Program-made: the position numbers and the translations under genes
Notes under the pieces: generated by a model
Seen by the model: the letters and a program-made list of their open reading frames with translations, nothing else
Told to the model about the DNA's origin: nothing
Databases searched by the model: none
Shown: positions 37,144-48,190 of the stretch, piece by piece
Numbering within the stretch: position 1 is the first letter of the stretch
Layout: each line of letters begins with the position of its first letter
Assembly: GCA_003524145.1 (NCBI GenBank)
Contig: DODZ01000020.1
Location: 12,325-76,324, forward strand
Direction: 5' to 3'
Length of the DNA: 64,000 bases
DNA from: Candidatus Apopatosoma intestinale
Lineage (GTDB): Bacteria > Bacillota > Clostridia > Oscillospirales > CAG-272

Positions 37144-37303
37144 CCCCTTTTTGAAAAAAATATCGGAGTATCGCAAAAAAACGAATTTTGGCGGAAAACG
37201 GGCACAGGCGCGAAGGACGCCGAGCTTCTTGGCACAAAAGAGGCAAAAGTGATAAAAAACCTGTTTGTTAATAAAAAGTTCACAAATAAATTTAAAAAAA
37301 CTC

Positions 37304-37332
37304 TTGACAAAATGAAGGAGAAGTGGTACATT
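37304..37332 (+). promoter_or_regulatory. hrcA operon promoter, TTGACA-17-TACATT
   Basis: TTGACA at 37304-37309 and TACATT at 37327-37332. CIRCE begins 12 nt downstream. Confidence 0.6.
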
Positions 37333-37343
37333 TTATACTGTAA

Positions 37344-37370
37344 TTAGCACTTGACTGCTTAGAGTGCTAA
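37344..37370 (+). promoter_or_regulatory. CIRCE operator (HrcA binding site)
   Basis: TTAGCACTT-N9-GAGTGCTAA, against the consensus TTAGCACTC-N9-GAGTGCTAA. Confidence 0.9.
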
Positions 37371-37392
37371 AATCAGACAAGGAGGTGCGGAA

Positions 37393-38475
37393 ATGATGGA
37401 TAGCAATCTTCCCGTGGGATGCGAACTCAGCGACCGAAAGAAGCAGATTCTTCGCAGCGTGATAGAATCCCATGTCACAAGCGGCGAGCCTGTCGGCTCA
37501 AAAACGCTCATGACGCTCGGCGGTTTTCCTTTTTCACCTGCCACGATACGCAGTGAAATGGCGGAGCTTGAGGCTCTCGGCTATCTCGAGCAGCCGCACA
37601 CATCCGCCGGCAGAGTGCCGACGACACTCGGCTACCGCTTCTATGTGGACAGTCTGATGGAGGATTACAAACTGACGTCCGGCGAAATACTCAAGCTCAA
37701 CAATCTGCTCAAAAACAGGGTCGGCAAGCTTGACACGATACTTCGCTCGGCATCGAAGCTGATAACTTCTCTTACAAATTATTCCACCGTTTCGATAAAA
37801 GCGGGAGATACGGACACGGTAGTTTCCGGATTTTCCTCGATGTATCTCGATGCGCATAACTACCTTATAGTAATGCGGATGCCGGACGGCAAGGTCAAGA
37901 CCTGCCATATACGCTCGGAAGAGGAGATACCGGAACAGGCGATAAATGATTTCGTCGTGCTGCTGAACAAAAATATAGCCGGCGTACCTTACACTATGAT
38001 AACGCTTCCTATGATGATGCGCATAGAGGACGGCATGGGGGAATACGGACACATTGTTTCCTCCGCGATAAAGTCGGTTTACGGCGAGCTCGGCGGCGGT
38101 GAAACGGAGGTCCATTTCGAGGGCGTCGACAAGCTGCTCGAATATCCCGAATTTTCCAATGTCGATCAGATGAAGAAAATTTTCGATATGCTCGAGAAGA
38201 AAAACGATATTGTCGGTATGCTTTCGCGCGCCGATAACGATAAGGTGAATATTTTCATCGACGATGAGAACGACAACCTCGCGGATAATTCGGCACTTGT
38301 TTTCAAGAAATTCAAGGTCGGCGGCAAGGTGGTGGGCGCCATAGGCGTTTTCGGACCGAGCCGGATGGATTATTCAAAGGTCGTTTCCACGATGGAATAC
38401 CTTGCGGGCGAAATTGCTTCGCTTGCGGGCGATGCGCTCTTAACCGACGGTTCGGAGCACGGCGGCAATAATTAG
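37393..38475 (+). CDS. hrcA: heat-inducible transcription repressor HrcA
   Basis: LSDRKKQILRSVIESHVTSGEPVGSKTL. First gene of the hrcA-grpE-dnaK-dnaJ cluster. Confidence 0.92.
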   Translation: MMDSNLPVGCELSDRKKQILRSVIESHVTSGEPVGSKTLMTLGGFPFSPATIRSEMAELEALGYLEQPHTSAGRVPTTLGYRFYVDSLMEDYKLTSGEILKLNNLLKNRVGKLDTILRSASKLITSLTNYSTVSIKAGDTDTVVSGFSSMYLDAHNYLIVMRMPDGKVKTCHIRSEEEIPEQAINDFVVLLNKNIAGVPYTMITLPMMMRIEDGMGEYGHIVSSAIKSVYGELGGGETEVHFEGVDKLLEYPEFSNVDQMKKIFDMLEKKNDIVGMLSRADNDKVNIFIDDENDNLADNSALVFKKFKVGGKVVGAIGVFGPSRMDYSKVVSTMEYLAGEIASLAGDALLTDGSEHGGNN

Positions 38476-38501
38476 CACAAAATCGGAGGTATAAATAAAA
38501 A

Positions 38502-39083
38502 ATGACAGAGGAAACAAAGACGGCGGCAAAGGAAGCGGCAGCAGAGGCGGCTACCGAAGAGGTAAAAGCAGAAGCACAGGAAACCGAGACCGAAGCAAAG
38601 CCGGATAAGGCATCAAAGCTGAAAAGCGAAAACAAAGCGCTGACAGCCGAGAACGAAAAGCTGAAAAAGGAGCTCGCCGAGACATCCGATAAATATCTGC
38701 GTATGCTCGCGGAGTATGATAACTTCCGCAGAAGAACGCAGAAAGAAAAAGAGGGAATATATGCGGATGCATACGAAAGTGCGCTTTCTGCCGTACTTCC
38801 CGTGGCGGACAATCTCGAGAGAGCGGCGCTTTGCACAGATGGGGAAAGCCTTTCAGACGGTGTGAAGATGATAATAAAGCAGTTTTCCGAGGCACTCGGA
38901 AAGCTGGGAGTCGAAGCCTACGGCGCACGCGGCGACGCGTTCGATCCGGTAGTTCACAATGCTGTTATGCAGATAGAGGACGAAGAGCTCGGCGAAAACA
39001 CGGTAGCCGAAGTTTTGCAGAAGGGCTACAAAAAAGGCGACAGGATACTGCGACACGCAGTCGTCAAAGTCGCGAATGTATAA
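38502..39083 (+). CDS. grpE: nucleotide exchange factor GrpE
   Basis: YLRMLAEYDNFRRRTQKE and FDPVVHNAVMQ. Confidence 0.92.
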   Translation: MTEETKTAAKEAAAEAATEEVKAEAQETETEAKPDKASKLKSENKALTAENEKLKKELAETSDKYLRMLAEYDNFRRRTQKEKEGIYADAYESALSAVLPVADNLERAALCTDGESLSDGVKMIIKQFSEALGKLGVEAYGARGDAFDPVVHNAVMQIEDEELGENTVAEVLQKGYKKGDRILRHAVVKVANV

Positions 39084-39108
39084 GTGCATAGCTTATATGA
39101 AAATCTAA

Positions 39109-40986
<1,878 letters not shown>

Positions 40987-41001
40987 TATAAACTGCACCT
41001 G

Positions 41002-41040
41002 TAAGGGCGGGCATTGTGTCCGCCCTTATCGGGGTTTTAT
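41002..41040 (+). terminator. stem-loop / partial terminator between dnaK and dnaJ
   Basis: TAAGGGCGG (41002-41010) pairs with CCGCCCTTA (41020-41028), followed by TCGGGGTTTTA. The U-tract is weak. Confidence 0.4.
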
Positions 41041-41079
41041 ACAGTTTGCTTCATGCAGTTTATATACAGAGGTACTTAA

Positions 41080-42207
41080 ATGAGAGATTATTATGAAATT
41101 CTCGGAGTTGCGAAGACTGCGAGCGATGACGAAATAAAAAAGGCGTACCGTGCGCTTGCAAAGAAATATCATCCCGATATGAACCCGGGAGACAAGGACG
41201 CGGAGGCAAAATTCAAGGAGATAAATCAGGCATATGCCGTGCTTTCCGATGCGGACAAGCGGGCAAAGTATGACCAGTTCGGCGCGGAAGCGGCAGAAGG
41301 CAACTACAGCGGCGGAGAGGGCTTCGGCGGCTTCGAGGGCTTCGATATCTCCGATATATTCTCGGATATGTTCGGCGGCTTCGGCGGCGGTTCGAGAAGG
41401 ACGAGAACAGGTCCGGAGCGCGGAGACGACCTGCTTTCGAGAGTATATATTTCCTTTGAAGAAGCGGCTTTCGGCTGCAAAAAGGATATAAAATATCAGC
41501 GCGTTGAGCGCTGCACAGAGTGCGGCGGAACAGGCGCGGCAAAGGGAACAACACCCAAGGTCTGCTCCAAATGCGGCGGAACGGGTCAGATAAAGACACA
41601 GCAGAAAACACCCTTCGGCGTTTTCCAGACCTCTCATGTCTGCGATGCCTGCGGCGGCAAGGGGACTGTAGTCACCGACCCCTGCAAGGCATGCAAGGGA
41701 GCGGGGCTCAAGACCGTTTCCAAGACATTGGAGGTTTCCATCCCCGCCGGTATAGACAACGGGCAGAAGATAGCCCTGCGCGGCATGGGCAACTGCGGAC
41801 GTAACAACGGACCTACGGGTGACCTTTATATATCCGTTCAGGTAAGACCGCATCCGATATTTGAGCGTGACGGCTTCAATATCTACTGCGAGATACCGAT
41901 AACATTTCCCGAGGCGGCACTCGGCGCAGAGCTTCGCGTGCCTACACTTGAGGGTGAGACGACGTATACGATACCCGAGGGAACACAGACAGGCAAATCC
42001 TTTACCATCAAAGGCAAAGGCATACCATACAGCAACGGAAAGGGCAGAGGCGACCTTATATTCAAGGTTACGGTGGAAGTGCCGAAGGGCATGAACGAGG
42101 AGCAGAAAGAAGCCCTGCGTAAATTTGCCACTGCCTGCGGAAACGGAAACTACACAAAGAAAGAGAGCTTTTTCTCTAAAATATTCGGGAAGGACAGCAA
42201 AAAGTGA
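41080..42207 (+). CDS. dnaJ: molecular chaperone DnaJ
   Basis: J-domain DYYEILGV...KYHPD, a G/F-rich region, and four CxxCxGxG repeats. Confidence 0.95.
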   Translation: MRDYYEILGVAKTASDDEIKKAYRALAKKYHPDMNPGDKDAEAKFKEINQAYAVLSDADKRAKYDQFGAEAAEGNYSGGEGFGGFEGFDISDIFSDMFGGFGGGSRRTRTGPERGDDLLSRVYISFEEAAFGCKKDIKYQRVERCTECGGTGAAKGTTPKVCSKCGGTGQIKTQQKTPFGVFQTSHVCDACGGKGTVVTDPCKACKGAGLKTVSKTLEVSIPAGIDNGQKIALRGMGNCGRNNGPTGDLYISVQVRPHPIFERDGFNIYCEIPITFPEAALGAELRVPTLEGETTYTIPEGTQTGKSFTIKGKGIPYSNGKGRGDLIFKVTVEVPKGMNEEQKEALRKFATACGNGNYTKKESFFSKIFGKDSKK

Positions 42208-43115
42208 TTTGGACGCAGATTAAAGTAAAATGCAACGTCACCGACCTTGAGACGGTGAGCGCCGTAATGTCGATGCTCGACAATTTCATAATGACGGAGG
42301 ACTATCGCGATATCGATACGGAGCTGAAGAGCGTATACGGAGACCTGATAGACGAGAGCATACTGAAAGCCGATAAGACAAAAGGCTCATGCAGTGTATT
42401 TGTGCCGGAGGAAAAGAACGCCGCCGAGTATATCTCGTATATAAACGAGCGCCTGCCGATGCTCGGCATAGCTTATGAGACGGAGATAATAAACACCGCC
42501 GACGAGGAATGGTCAACGGCTTGGAAAAAGTATTATAAGCCTACCCCGATAGGCGAAAAAATAGTCATAGTTCCGAGTTGGGAGCATTATGATAAAAAGG
42601 ACGGGGAGATAATAATAGATATGGACCCCGGCATGGCTTTCGGCACGGGCACTCATGAGACGACGCGTCTCTGCGCCTCGCTTCTCGAAAAGTATATCAA
42701 GTCGGGCGATAAGATGCTCGATGTAGGCAGCGGCAGCGGCATACTTGCCATCTGCGGAGCGAAGCTCGGTGCTTCCTCCTGCTTTGCCTGCGATATAGAC
42801 CCCGTGGCTGTCCGCACGGAAAAGGAAAATTTCGAGCGTAATAATTGCGGCAATGTGACCTGTGCGGTTTCAGATCTGCTTGCGGGCGTCCCCGATGAAA
42901 AATACGATATCGTGACGGCAAATATCGTTGCCGACATCATAATCCGTCTCGCTCCCGATGTCGGCAGATATATGAAGAACGGCGCACATATCATCGTCTC
43001 CGGCATAATCAGCGAGCGCGAGCACGAGGTAGACCGCGCGATGACCGAAAACGGCTTTACAAAGGTCGAGGTGCTCTATGACGGCGGCTGGTGCGCCGAG
43101 GTTTTCCGCAAATAA
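42204..43115 (+). CDS. prmA: ribosomal protein L11 methyltransferase PrmA
   Basis: [14 protein letters not shown] and [11 protein letters not shown]. The start overlaps the dnaJ stop (GTGA). Confidence 0.9.
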   Translation: MIWTQIKVKCNVTDLETVSAVMSMLDNFIMTEDYRDIDTELKSVYGDLIDESILKADKTKGSCSVFVPEEKNAAEYISYINERLPMLGIAYETEIINTADEEWSTAWKKYYKPTPIGEKIVIVPSWEHYDKKDGEIIIDMDPGMAFGTGTHETTRLCASLLEKYIKSGDKMLDVGSGSGILAICGAKLGASSCFACDIDPVAVRTEKENFERNNCGNVTCAVSDLLAGVPDEKYDIVTANIVADIIIRLAPDVGRYMKNGAHIIVSGIISEREHEVDRAMTENGFTKVEVLYDGGWCAEVFRK

Positions 43116-43200
43116 CGCGCAATTTTGCCATGCTTATGCGATATTTATAAAAATAATAGGTGTTTTTTATAAATATTGAGGAAAAATTTTCATAAATACT

Positions 43201-43229
43201 TTGACAAACGGCTTATTTTGTTGTATAAT
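43201..43229 (+). promoter_or_regulatory. perfect consensus sigma-A promoter, TTGACA-17-TATAAT, with an A/T-rich upstream region
   Basis: TTGACA at 43201-43206 and TATAAT at 43224-43229. Positions 43141-43200 are almost entirely A/T. Confidence 0.6.
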
Positions 43230-43370
43230 ACAGAAAGGACTGCAAAATAAGCCGCGATTTATTCCGTTCATTGCCTTTTATCCGGGCATGCGGCTTTTAT
43301 GCGAAGGTTTTTATCTTCGCATATTTTGCGTAAAAAAGCAAACGCTCCGATATGAGAGGAGGGAAATACC

Positions 43371-44111
43371 GTGCCGAGATTTTTTGTGCCGCCGAGCCAG
43401 ATTTACGATGATGAGATAGTCATTCTCGGCGATGACGCACGGCATATCATTTCGTCGCTCCGTATGCGTGAGGGCGAGGAGATAACCGTCTGCGATATGA
43501 ACAGGCGCGATTATTTCTGCCGGATATCCACAGCCTTTGACGGGCTTGTCCGTGCGACAGTACTGGGCGAGGCACCGTCGAAAACGGAATTTCCCATGAA
43601 GATAAGGCTTTTTCAATCTGTTCCGAAGGGCGATAAATTTGAATATATAGTCCAGAAATCCGTTGAGATGGGCATATGCGAAATAATTCCGGTTTTTTCC
43701 GCGAGATGCGTGGTGAAACCCGAGCTTACAAGAGAAGCAAAGAAGCTCGAGCGATATCGGCGCATAGCGTACGAGGCGGCAAAGCAATGCGGCAGAGGAA
43801 TAATACCTGCCGTCTGCTCACCGATGAGCTTTGCTACGGCGGTCGGAGCCTGTTGTGCGGACGGGACAGCGCTCATCTGCTATGAGGGAGAGCATAATTT
43901 TTCGCTCCGTCAGGCTTTTGAGGCAAGAAAATCCGACAGGGCAACGCCGATTTCGTTTTTCATAGGACCCGAGGGCGGCTACTCAGAGGAAGAGATAGAA
44001 CTGGCGGAGAGCGTAGGCATACGCCCCGTTTCACTCGGAAACAGAATATTACGCTGCGAGACAGCTTCGGGTTTTGCTCTCGCGTGCGCAGCTTTCGCAT
44101 TTGAGCTTTAA
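43371..44111 (+). CDS. rsmE: 16S rRNA (uracil1498-N3)-methyltransferase RsmE
   Basis: GTG start after GAGGAGGG. N-terminal MPRFFV and C-terminal IGPEGGYSEEE. Confidence 0.88.
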   Translation: MPRFFVPPSQIYDDEIVILGDDARHIISSLRMREGEEITVCDMNRRDYFCRISTAFDGLVRATVLGEAPSKTEFPMKIRLFQSVPKGDKFEYIVQKSVEMGICEIIPVFSARCVVKPELTREAKKLERYRRIAYEAAKQCGRGIIPAVCSPMSFATAVGACCADGTALICYEGEHNFSLRQAFEARKSDRATPISFFIGPEGGYSEEEIELAESVGIRPVSLGNRILRCETASGFALACAAFAFEL

Positions 44112-44172
44112 GCCTTCCGTGCGGCGAACGGAGGCAAAAAAACATTAAAATTTTATCGCCGAGAAATGGAAA

Positions 44173-44970
44173 ATGGATATGAACACCAAAGAAAACAAGA
44201 AGTATAATGCAAAGGCGGAGGAGACTGCCATCTACAGAGTCATTGCGCTTATTTTTGTCGCCATGGCGGGCTTCGGAGCGCTGACTCTGCTCGACAAATA
44301 CAAGTCTAAGCTTTTTTCTTACATCATAATAAACGACAAGCCTGCGGTATCCGCTATCACGCTTATCATCATAGCTCTCGCTGTGATTGCTGCTCTTTCG
44401 GTGGTATACTATATATGCACAAGGAAGAAAGGGAAGGATGAATCAGGCAAGGTTGTCACCTCCTTCGGAATTATGAGCTCAGCTGTTTTCGTGCTTGTTT
44501 CGTTTGTGCTGATACGCTTCCTTTCAAACGCGATGATAAAGGTTCAGGTGCTTTTCTTTGCGGCTGTCCTGCTTGCTTTCCTTTATAATATATGCGCAAG
44601 AAGCTTCTTTGAGTTTTCGCTTTTCTCCGTTGTTTCCGGCGCCGCTCTCTACTACGCCGGAAGCTCCGCAAACTACGGTCTTGACAAGGCGCTCGAGATA
44701 ATATCCAAAATCTATGTTTTCGCCGCTCCCGTGGCTATTATCGTTCTCATGCTCATTTCCGGCAAGAAGGGCGTGAAGCTCTTCGGTAAGACGACGGAAA
44801 AAAGAGAGGACGCAAAGTTCTATAATGTATTCTGGGTCATCATGGCGGTGCTCCTCGCGGCATTTGCGGCTATATGTATGGCAGTGAATTTCGTGACAGT
44901 GTATCTTATAATAGCATTTTTCGTAATATATCTTGCTCTTGGTATATTCTGCACTATTAAAATGATGTGA
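44173..44970 (+). CDS. polytopic membrane protein of unknown function
   Basis: 265 aa with about 7 hydrophobic segments and no motif I recognise. The coding call rests on ORF length, the + strand context and the absence of a competing ORF. Confidence 0.55.
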   Translation: MDMNTKENKKYNAKAEETAIYRVIALIFVAMAGFGALTLLDKYKSKLFSYIIINDKPAVSAITLIIIALAVIAALSVVYYICTRKKGKDESGKVVTSFGIMSSAVFVLVSFVLIRFLSNAMIKVQVLFFAAVLLAFLYNICARSFFEFSLFSVVSGAALYYAGSSANYGLDKALEIISKIYVFAAPVAIIVLMLISGKKGVKLFGKTTEKREDAKFYNVFWVIMAVLLAAFAAICMAVNFVTVYLIIAFFVIYLALGIFCTIKMM

Positions 44971-44996
44971 ATTTAGATATTTTTACGAAAAAACTA

Positions 44997-45025
44997 TTGA
45001 AATTTCACAAATTTTGAGTTAGAAT
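44997..45025 (+). promoter_or_regulatory. sigma-A-type promoter, TTGAAA-17-TAGAAT
   Basis: TTGAAA at 44997-45002 and TAGAAT at 45020-45025, upstream of the PucR-type regulator gene. Confidence 0.5.
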
Positions 45026-45090
45026 ATGTATATATGTTAAAAAGTGTTGCAAACTGACGAAATTCGTCGTTGCAGGAGGAGAAGATAAAT

Positions 45091-46176
45091 ATGTCGAGCA
45101 GATTGTTTCAGGGCGTTATCCATCAGATGAAGGATGCCATAGGAAGAACGATAGGCGTCATAGATGACAATGCGGTCATAGTTGCCTGCAGTGATCTCAT
45201 GAAGATCGGTGAAACGAGGCAGAATATCAAAGAAGAGATGAGCTATGTCTCCGATGTCGTGACATACGGCGGTTTTACCTACAGACCTATGTCTCAGGAT
45301 ACAAATTCGGAGTATATCGTATTTATTCAGGGAGAGGATGAGTTGGCATCGCAGATGTCCAGCGTGCTTGCCGTCGCTCTGAATAATATCAAAAACTACC
45401 ATGATGATAAATACGACAAGACATCGTTTATAAAGAATGTGCTTCTCGACAATGTTCTCCCGGGAGATATGTATATAAGAAGCAAGGAGCTGAACTTTGC
45501 CTCGGACGTATGGCGCGTGGTTTTCCTCATCAAGTTCGGCTCTAATACGGAGACCTCGCCTTTTGATATAATCCAGAATATGTTTCCGAACTCAAATCAG
45601 GATTATGTAATCAGCACAGGCGAGCGCGATATCGTTCTCGTCCGCGAGCTGAAGCCGGATACCGAGCTTGCCGAGCTGGAAAAGACGGCGACGGAGATAG
45701 TCGATACTCTGGCATCGGAGTTTTATGCCAAGATTTCCATCGGCATAGGCAGCCCTGCGGAGAATATCAAGGATATCTCGCGCTCCTACAGAGAGGCACA
45801 GGCGGCGCTTGAGGTCGGTCACATCTTCGATTCCGACAAGAGAATAGTAAGCTATGAGAATCTCGGCATAGGCAGACTTATCTATCAGCTTCCCGTGACA
45901 CTCTGCGAAATATTCTTAAACGAAGTTTTCCAGAAGGGTTCAATAGACGCTCTTGACCGCGAGACTCTCTCGACTATTCAGAGCTTTTTTGAGAACAATC
46001 TCAATGTTTCCGAGACATCGAGAAAGATGTTTGTACACAGAAACACGCTTGTCTACAGACTCGACAAGATAAAGAAGATAACAGGTCTCGACCTGCGCGA
46101 ATTTGAAAACGCGATCACCTTCAAGGTGGCTTTGATGGTCAGAAGCTACCTGAATTCGAAAAACAACAGATATTGA
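45091..46176 (+). CDS. PucR/CdaR family transcriptional regulator
   Basis: C-terminal PucR-type HTH NLNVSETSRKMFVHRNTLVYRLDKIKKITGLDL. ATG at 45091 preceded by GGAGGAG. Confidence 0.75.
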   Translation: MSSRLFQGVIHQMKDAIGRTIGVIDDNAVIVACSDLMKIGETRQNIKEEMSYVSDVVTYGGFTYRPMSQDTNSEYIVFIQGEDELASQMSSVLAVALNNIKNYHDDKYDKTSFIKNVLLDNVLPGDMYIRSKELNFASDVWRVVFLIKFGSNTETSPFDIIQNMFPNSNQDYVISTGERDIVLVRELKPDTELAELEKTATEIVDTLASEFYAKISIGIGSPAENIKDISRSYREAQAALEVGHIFDSDKRIVSYENLGIGRLIYQLPVTLCEIFLNEVFQKGSIDALDRETLSTIQSFFENNLNVSETSRKMFVHRNTLVYRLDKIKKITGLDLREFENAITFKVALMVRSYLNSKNNRY

Positions 46177-46286
46177 TACAGACTCCGGAGCGAACCGTTT
46201 GAATATCGGGTCGCTCTTTTGCGGAATAATCGGCGGATTTTCCCGCCGCCTATTCTCTGAATATGATTTTTATACGGAGATTTTTT

Positions 46287-47636
46287 ATGGAAAACAATAT
46301 TGAAAACACCAATAATCGCGAAAACATCGATGGCATGGAGCAGGTGACTCCCTCAGACAATACGGCTTCTCACGAAAATACGGCAGGGGCACCCGCATAT
46401 GCGGATGTGAAGATCAATGCGAGAAATCCGAAGAAGATTTCTCTTGTACTTTCGATATTTCTCATTGTGCTTGCAGTGCTGATAACCTTTCAGACGACAT
46501 ATATCATCGCGAGTGTCAATTACAGCGCAAAGCTGAACGAAGAGCGCGGAGAGCTGGCAAAATACAAAGATCTTTTCGATATGATAGATATTTTCAAGAA
46601 AAATTATATCTATGATGTTGACAGCGACGCGATAAACGACGCGCTCCTTCATGCATATGCCTATTACTCGGGCGACGACTATGCGGTTTATTACAACGCG
46701 GAGGAATGGGCTGATTTTTCTGCCAAAATGAGCGGAAACTCTGTCGGTATAGGCGTTTATATAACGCAGACAGACGACGGCATAGAGGTGGTTTATGTAA
46801 TGCAGTCGAGTCCCGCGATGGAAGCGGGAATGAAAAAGGGCGATGTGATAGTAGCCGTCGACGGCAAGCGTATCGCCGATATCGGCTACAATGAGGCGGT
46901 CAGCCTTGTCGCCGGCACTGCGGGAACAAAGGTGACGCTTGCGATAAGACGCGACGGTGCCGAGCAGGACATTTCAGTTACACGAAATAACTATGAGGCG
47001 CAGACGGTAATCTCGTATATGTACGAGCGCGAGGGCAAAAAGATAGGCTATATCAATATAACAAACTTTTATTCGGTTACGCCGAAGCAATTTGAAGAGG
47101 CTGTAAAAGCGGCGTTGGACAGCGGCTGTGAGAGCCTGATATTCGATGTCCGCGGAAATCCCGGCGGCGAGCTTTCCGCAGTATGCTCGATGCTCGATTA
47201 TCTGCTTCCGGAGGGACCGATAGTCCGTATCTTCGGCAAAAAGGACGATAAGCTTGTTCTCGAGCAGACATACAAATCCGGCGCGAGCGAGATAGATGTA
47301 CCGATGGTGATTCTCGCAAACGAAAACTCGGCTTCGGCGGCGGAGCTTTTCACCTCGGCACTGCGCGACTACGGTAAGGTGACAATAGTCGGAGCGAATA
47401 CCTTCGGCAAGGGCTGCGGTCAGAGCGGCTTCGGCGTGGGAAGCGGTGTTCTTATGCTCACATCGTTCCTCTATGCACCGCCTTTCTCTGAAAATTATGA
47501 CGGTGAGGGAATAGCGCCGGATATCGCAGTAGAAATTGCAGAAGAATACAAAAACAGAAATCTGATGACTCTCACCGAGGATGAAGACGCACAGCTGAAA
47601 ACGGCTCTCGATGAGGCTTACTCAAAAATCAAATAA
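46287..47636 (+). CDS. S41 family carboxy-terminal processing peptidase (Ctp), membrane anchored
   Basis: One N-terminal TM segment, a PDZ region (GIGVYI...GMKKGDVIVAVDG), DVRGNPGGEL, a catalytic-Ser motif NENSASAAE, and TFGKG. Confidence 0.85.
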   Translation: MENNIENTNNRENIDGMEQVTPSDNTASHENTAGAPAYADVKINARNPKKISLVLSIFLIVLAVLITFQTTYIIASVNYSAKLNEERGELAKYKDLFDMIDIFKKNYIYDVDSDAINDALLHAYAYYSGDDYAVYYNAEEWADFSAKMSGNSVGIGVYITQTDDGIEVVYVMQSSPAMEAGMKKGDVIVAVDGKRIADIGYNEAVSLVAGTAGTKVTLAIRRDGAEQDISVTRNNYEAQTVISYMYEREGKKIGYINITNFYSVTPKQFEEAVKAALDSGCESLIFDVRGNPGGELSAVCSMLDYLLPEGPIVRIFGKKDDKLVLEQTYKSGASEIDVPMVILANENSASAAELFTSALRDYGKVTIVGANTFGKGCGQSGFGVGSGVLMLTSFLYAPPFSENYDGEGIAPDIAVEIAEEYKNRNLMTLTEDEDAQLKTALDEAYSKIK

Positions 47637-47687
47637 AACGTAATAAATAAACTATTTAAATAATTATCAAAAGGGAGATATTCTGAA

Positions 47688-48164
47688 ATGGCAAAACAAA
47701 TCGTAATGACGGAAAGCGGACTTGAAAAGCTCAAGGAAGAGCTTGACTTTCTGAAAAGCGTAAAGCGCAAAGAGGCGGCTGAGAATGTAGGCATAGCACG
47801 CTCCTTCGGCGACCTTTCCGAAAACAGTGAATATGACGAGGCTAAAAATGAGCAGGCTAAGGTCGAGGCGCAGATAGCCGAGCTTGAGGAAACTATCAAA
47901 CATGTCACTGTTATTTCCGACAGTGAGATACAGACGGATTCCGTAAGACCCGGCGTCACAGTCGGCGTGCTCGATATGGAATTTGATGAAGAGGACGAAT
48001 TTATGATAGTAAATTCTCATGAGGTTGATCCTGTGGCGAGAAAAATATCCGATCAGTCTCCGATAGGCAAGGCTCTCATCGGCGCAAAGGTCGGCGATGT
48101 GGTGACAGTGGAGGTTCCCGACGGCACGGCACAATTCAAGATACTGAAGATAACAAGAAACTAA
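47688..48164 (+). CDS. greA: transcription elongation factor GreA
   Basis: GDLSENSEYDEAKNEQ, with a C-terminal FKBP-like fold sequence SPIGKALIGAKVGD. Confidence 0.93.
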   Translation: MAKQIVMTESGLEKLKEELDFLKSVKRKEAAENVGIARSFGDLSENSEYDEAKNEQAKVEAQIAELEETIKHVTVISDSEIQTDSVRPGVTVGVLDMEFDEEDEFMIVNSHEVDPVARKISDQSPIGKALIGAKVGDVVTVEVPDGTAQFKILKITRN

Positions 48165-48190
48165 ACTGAAAATATCGAGGAGAAACCGAA

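Noticed and set aside
37123-37347. A 74-aa lysine-rich ORF in the thiT-hrcA intergenic region.
   Set aside because: There is no Shine-Dalgarno. The ATG lies inside the spacer of the minus-strand thiT promoter, and the ORF runs through the hrcA promoter into CIRCE. The region is better explained as two divergent regulatory regions.
43201-43419. A 72-aa ORF spanning the prmA-rsmE spacer.
   Set aside because: Its start coincides with the -35 hexamer of a consensus promoter. It has no RBS, it overlaps the rsmE start out of frame, and its sequence is Cys/Arg/Phe-rich with no motifs. I treat the region as RNA or regulatory (see findings).
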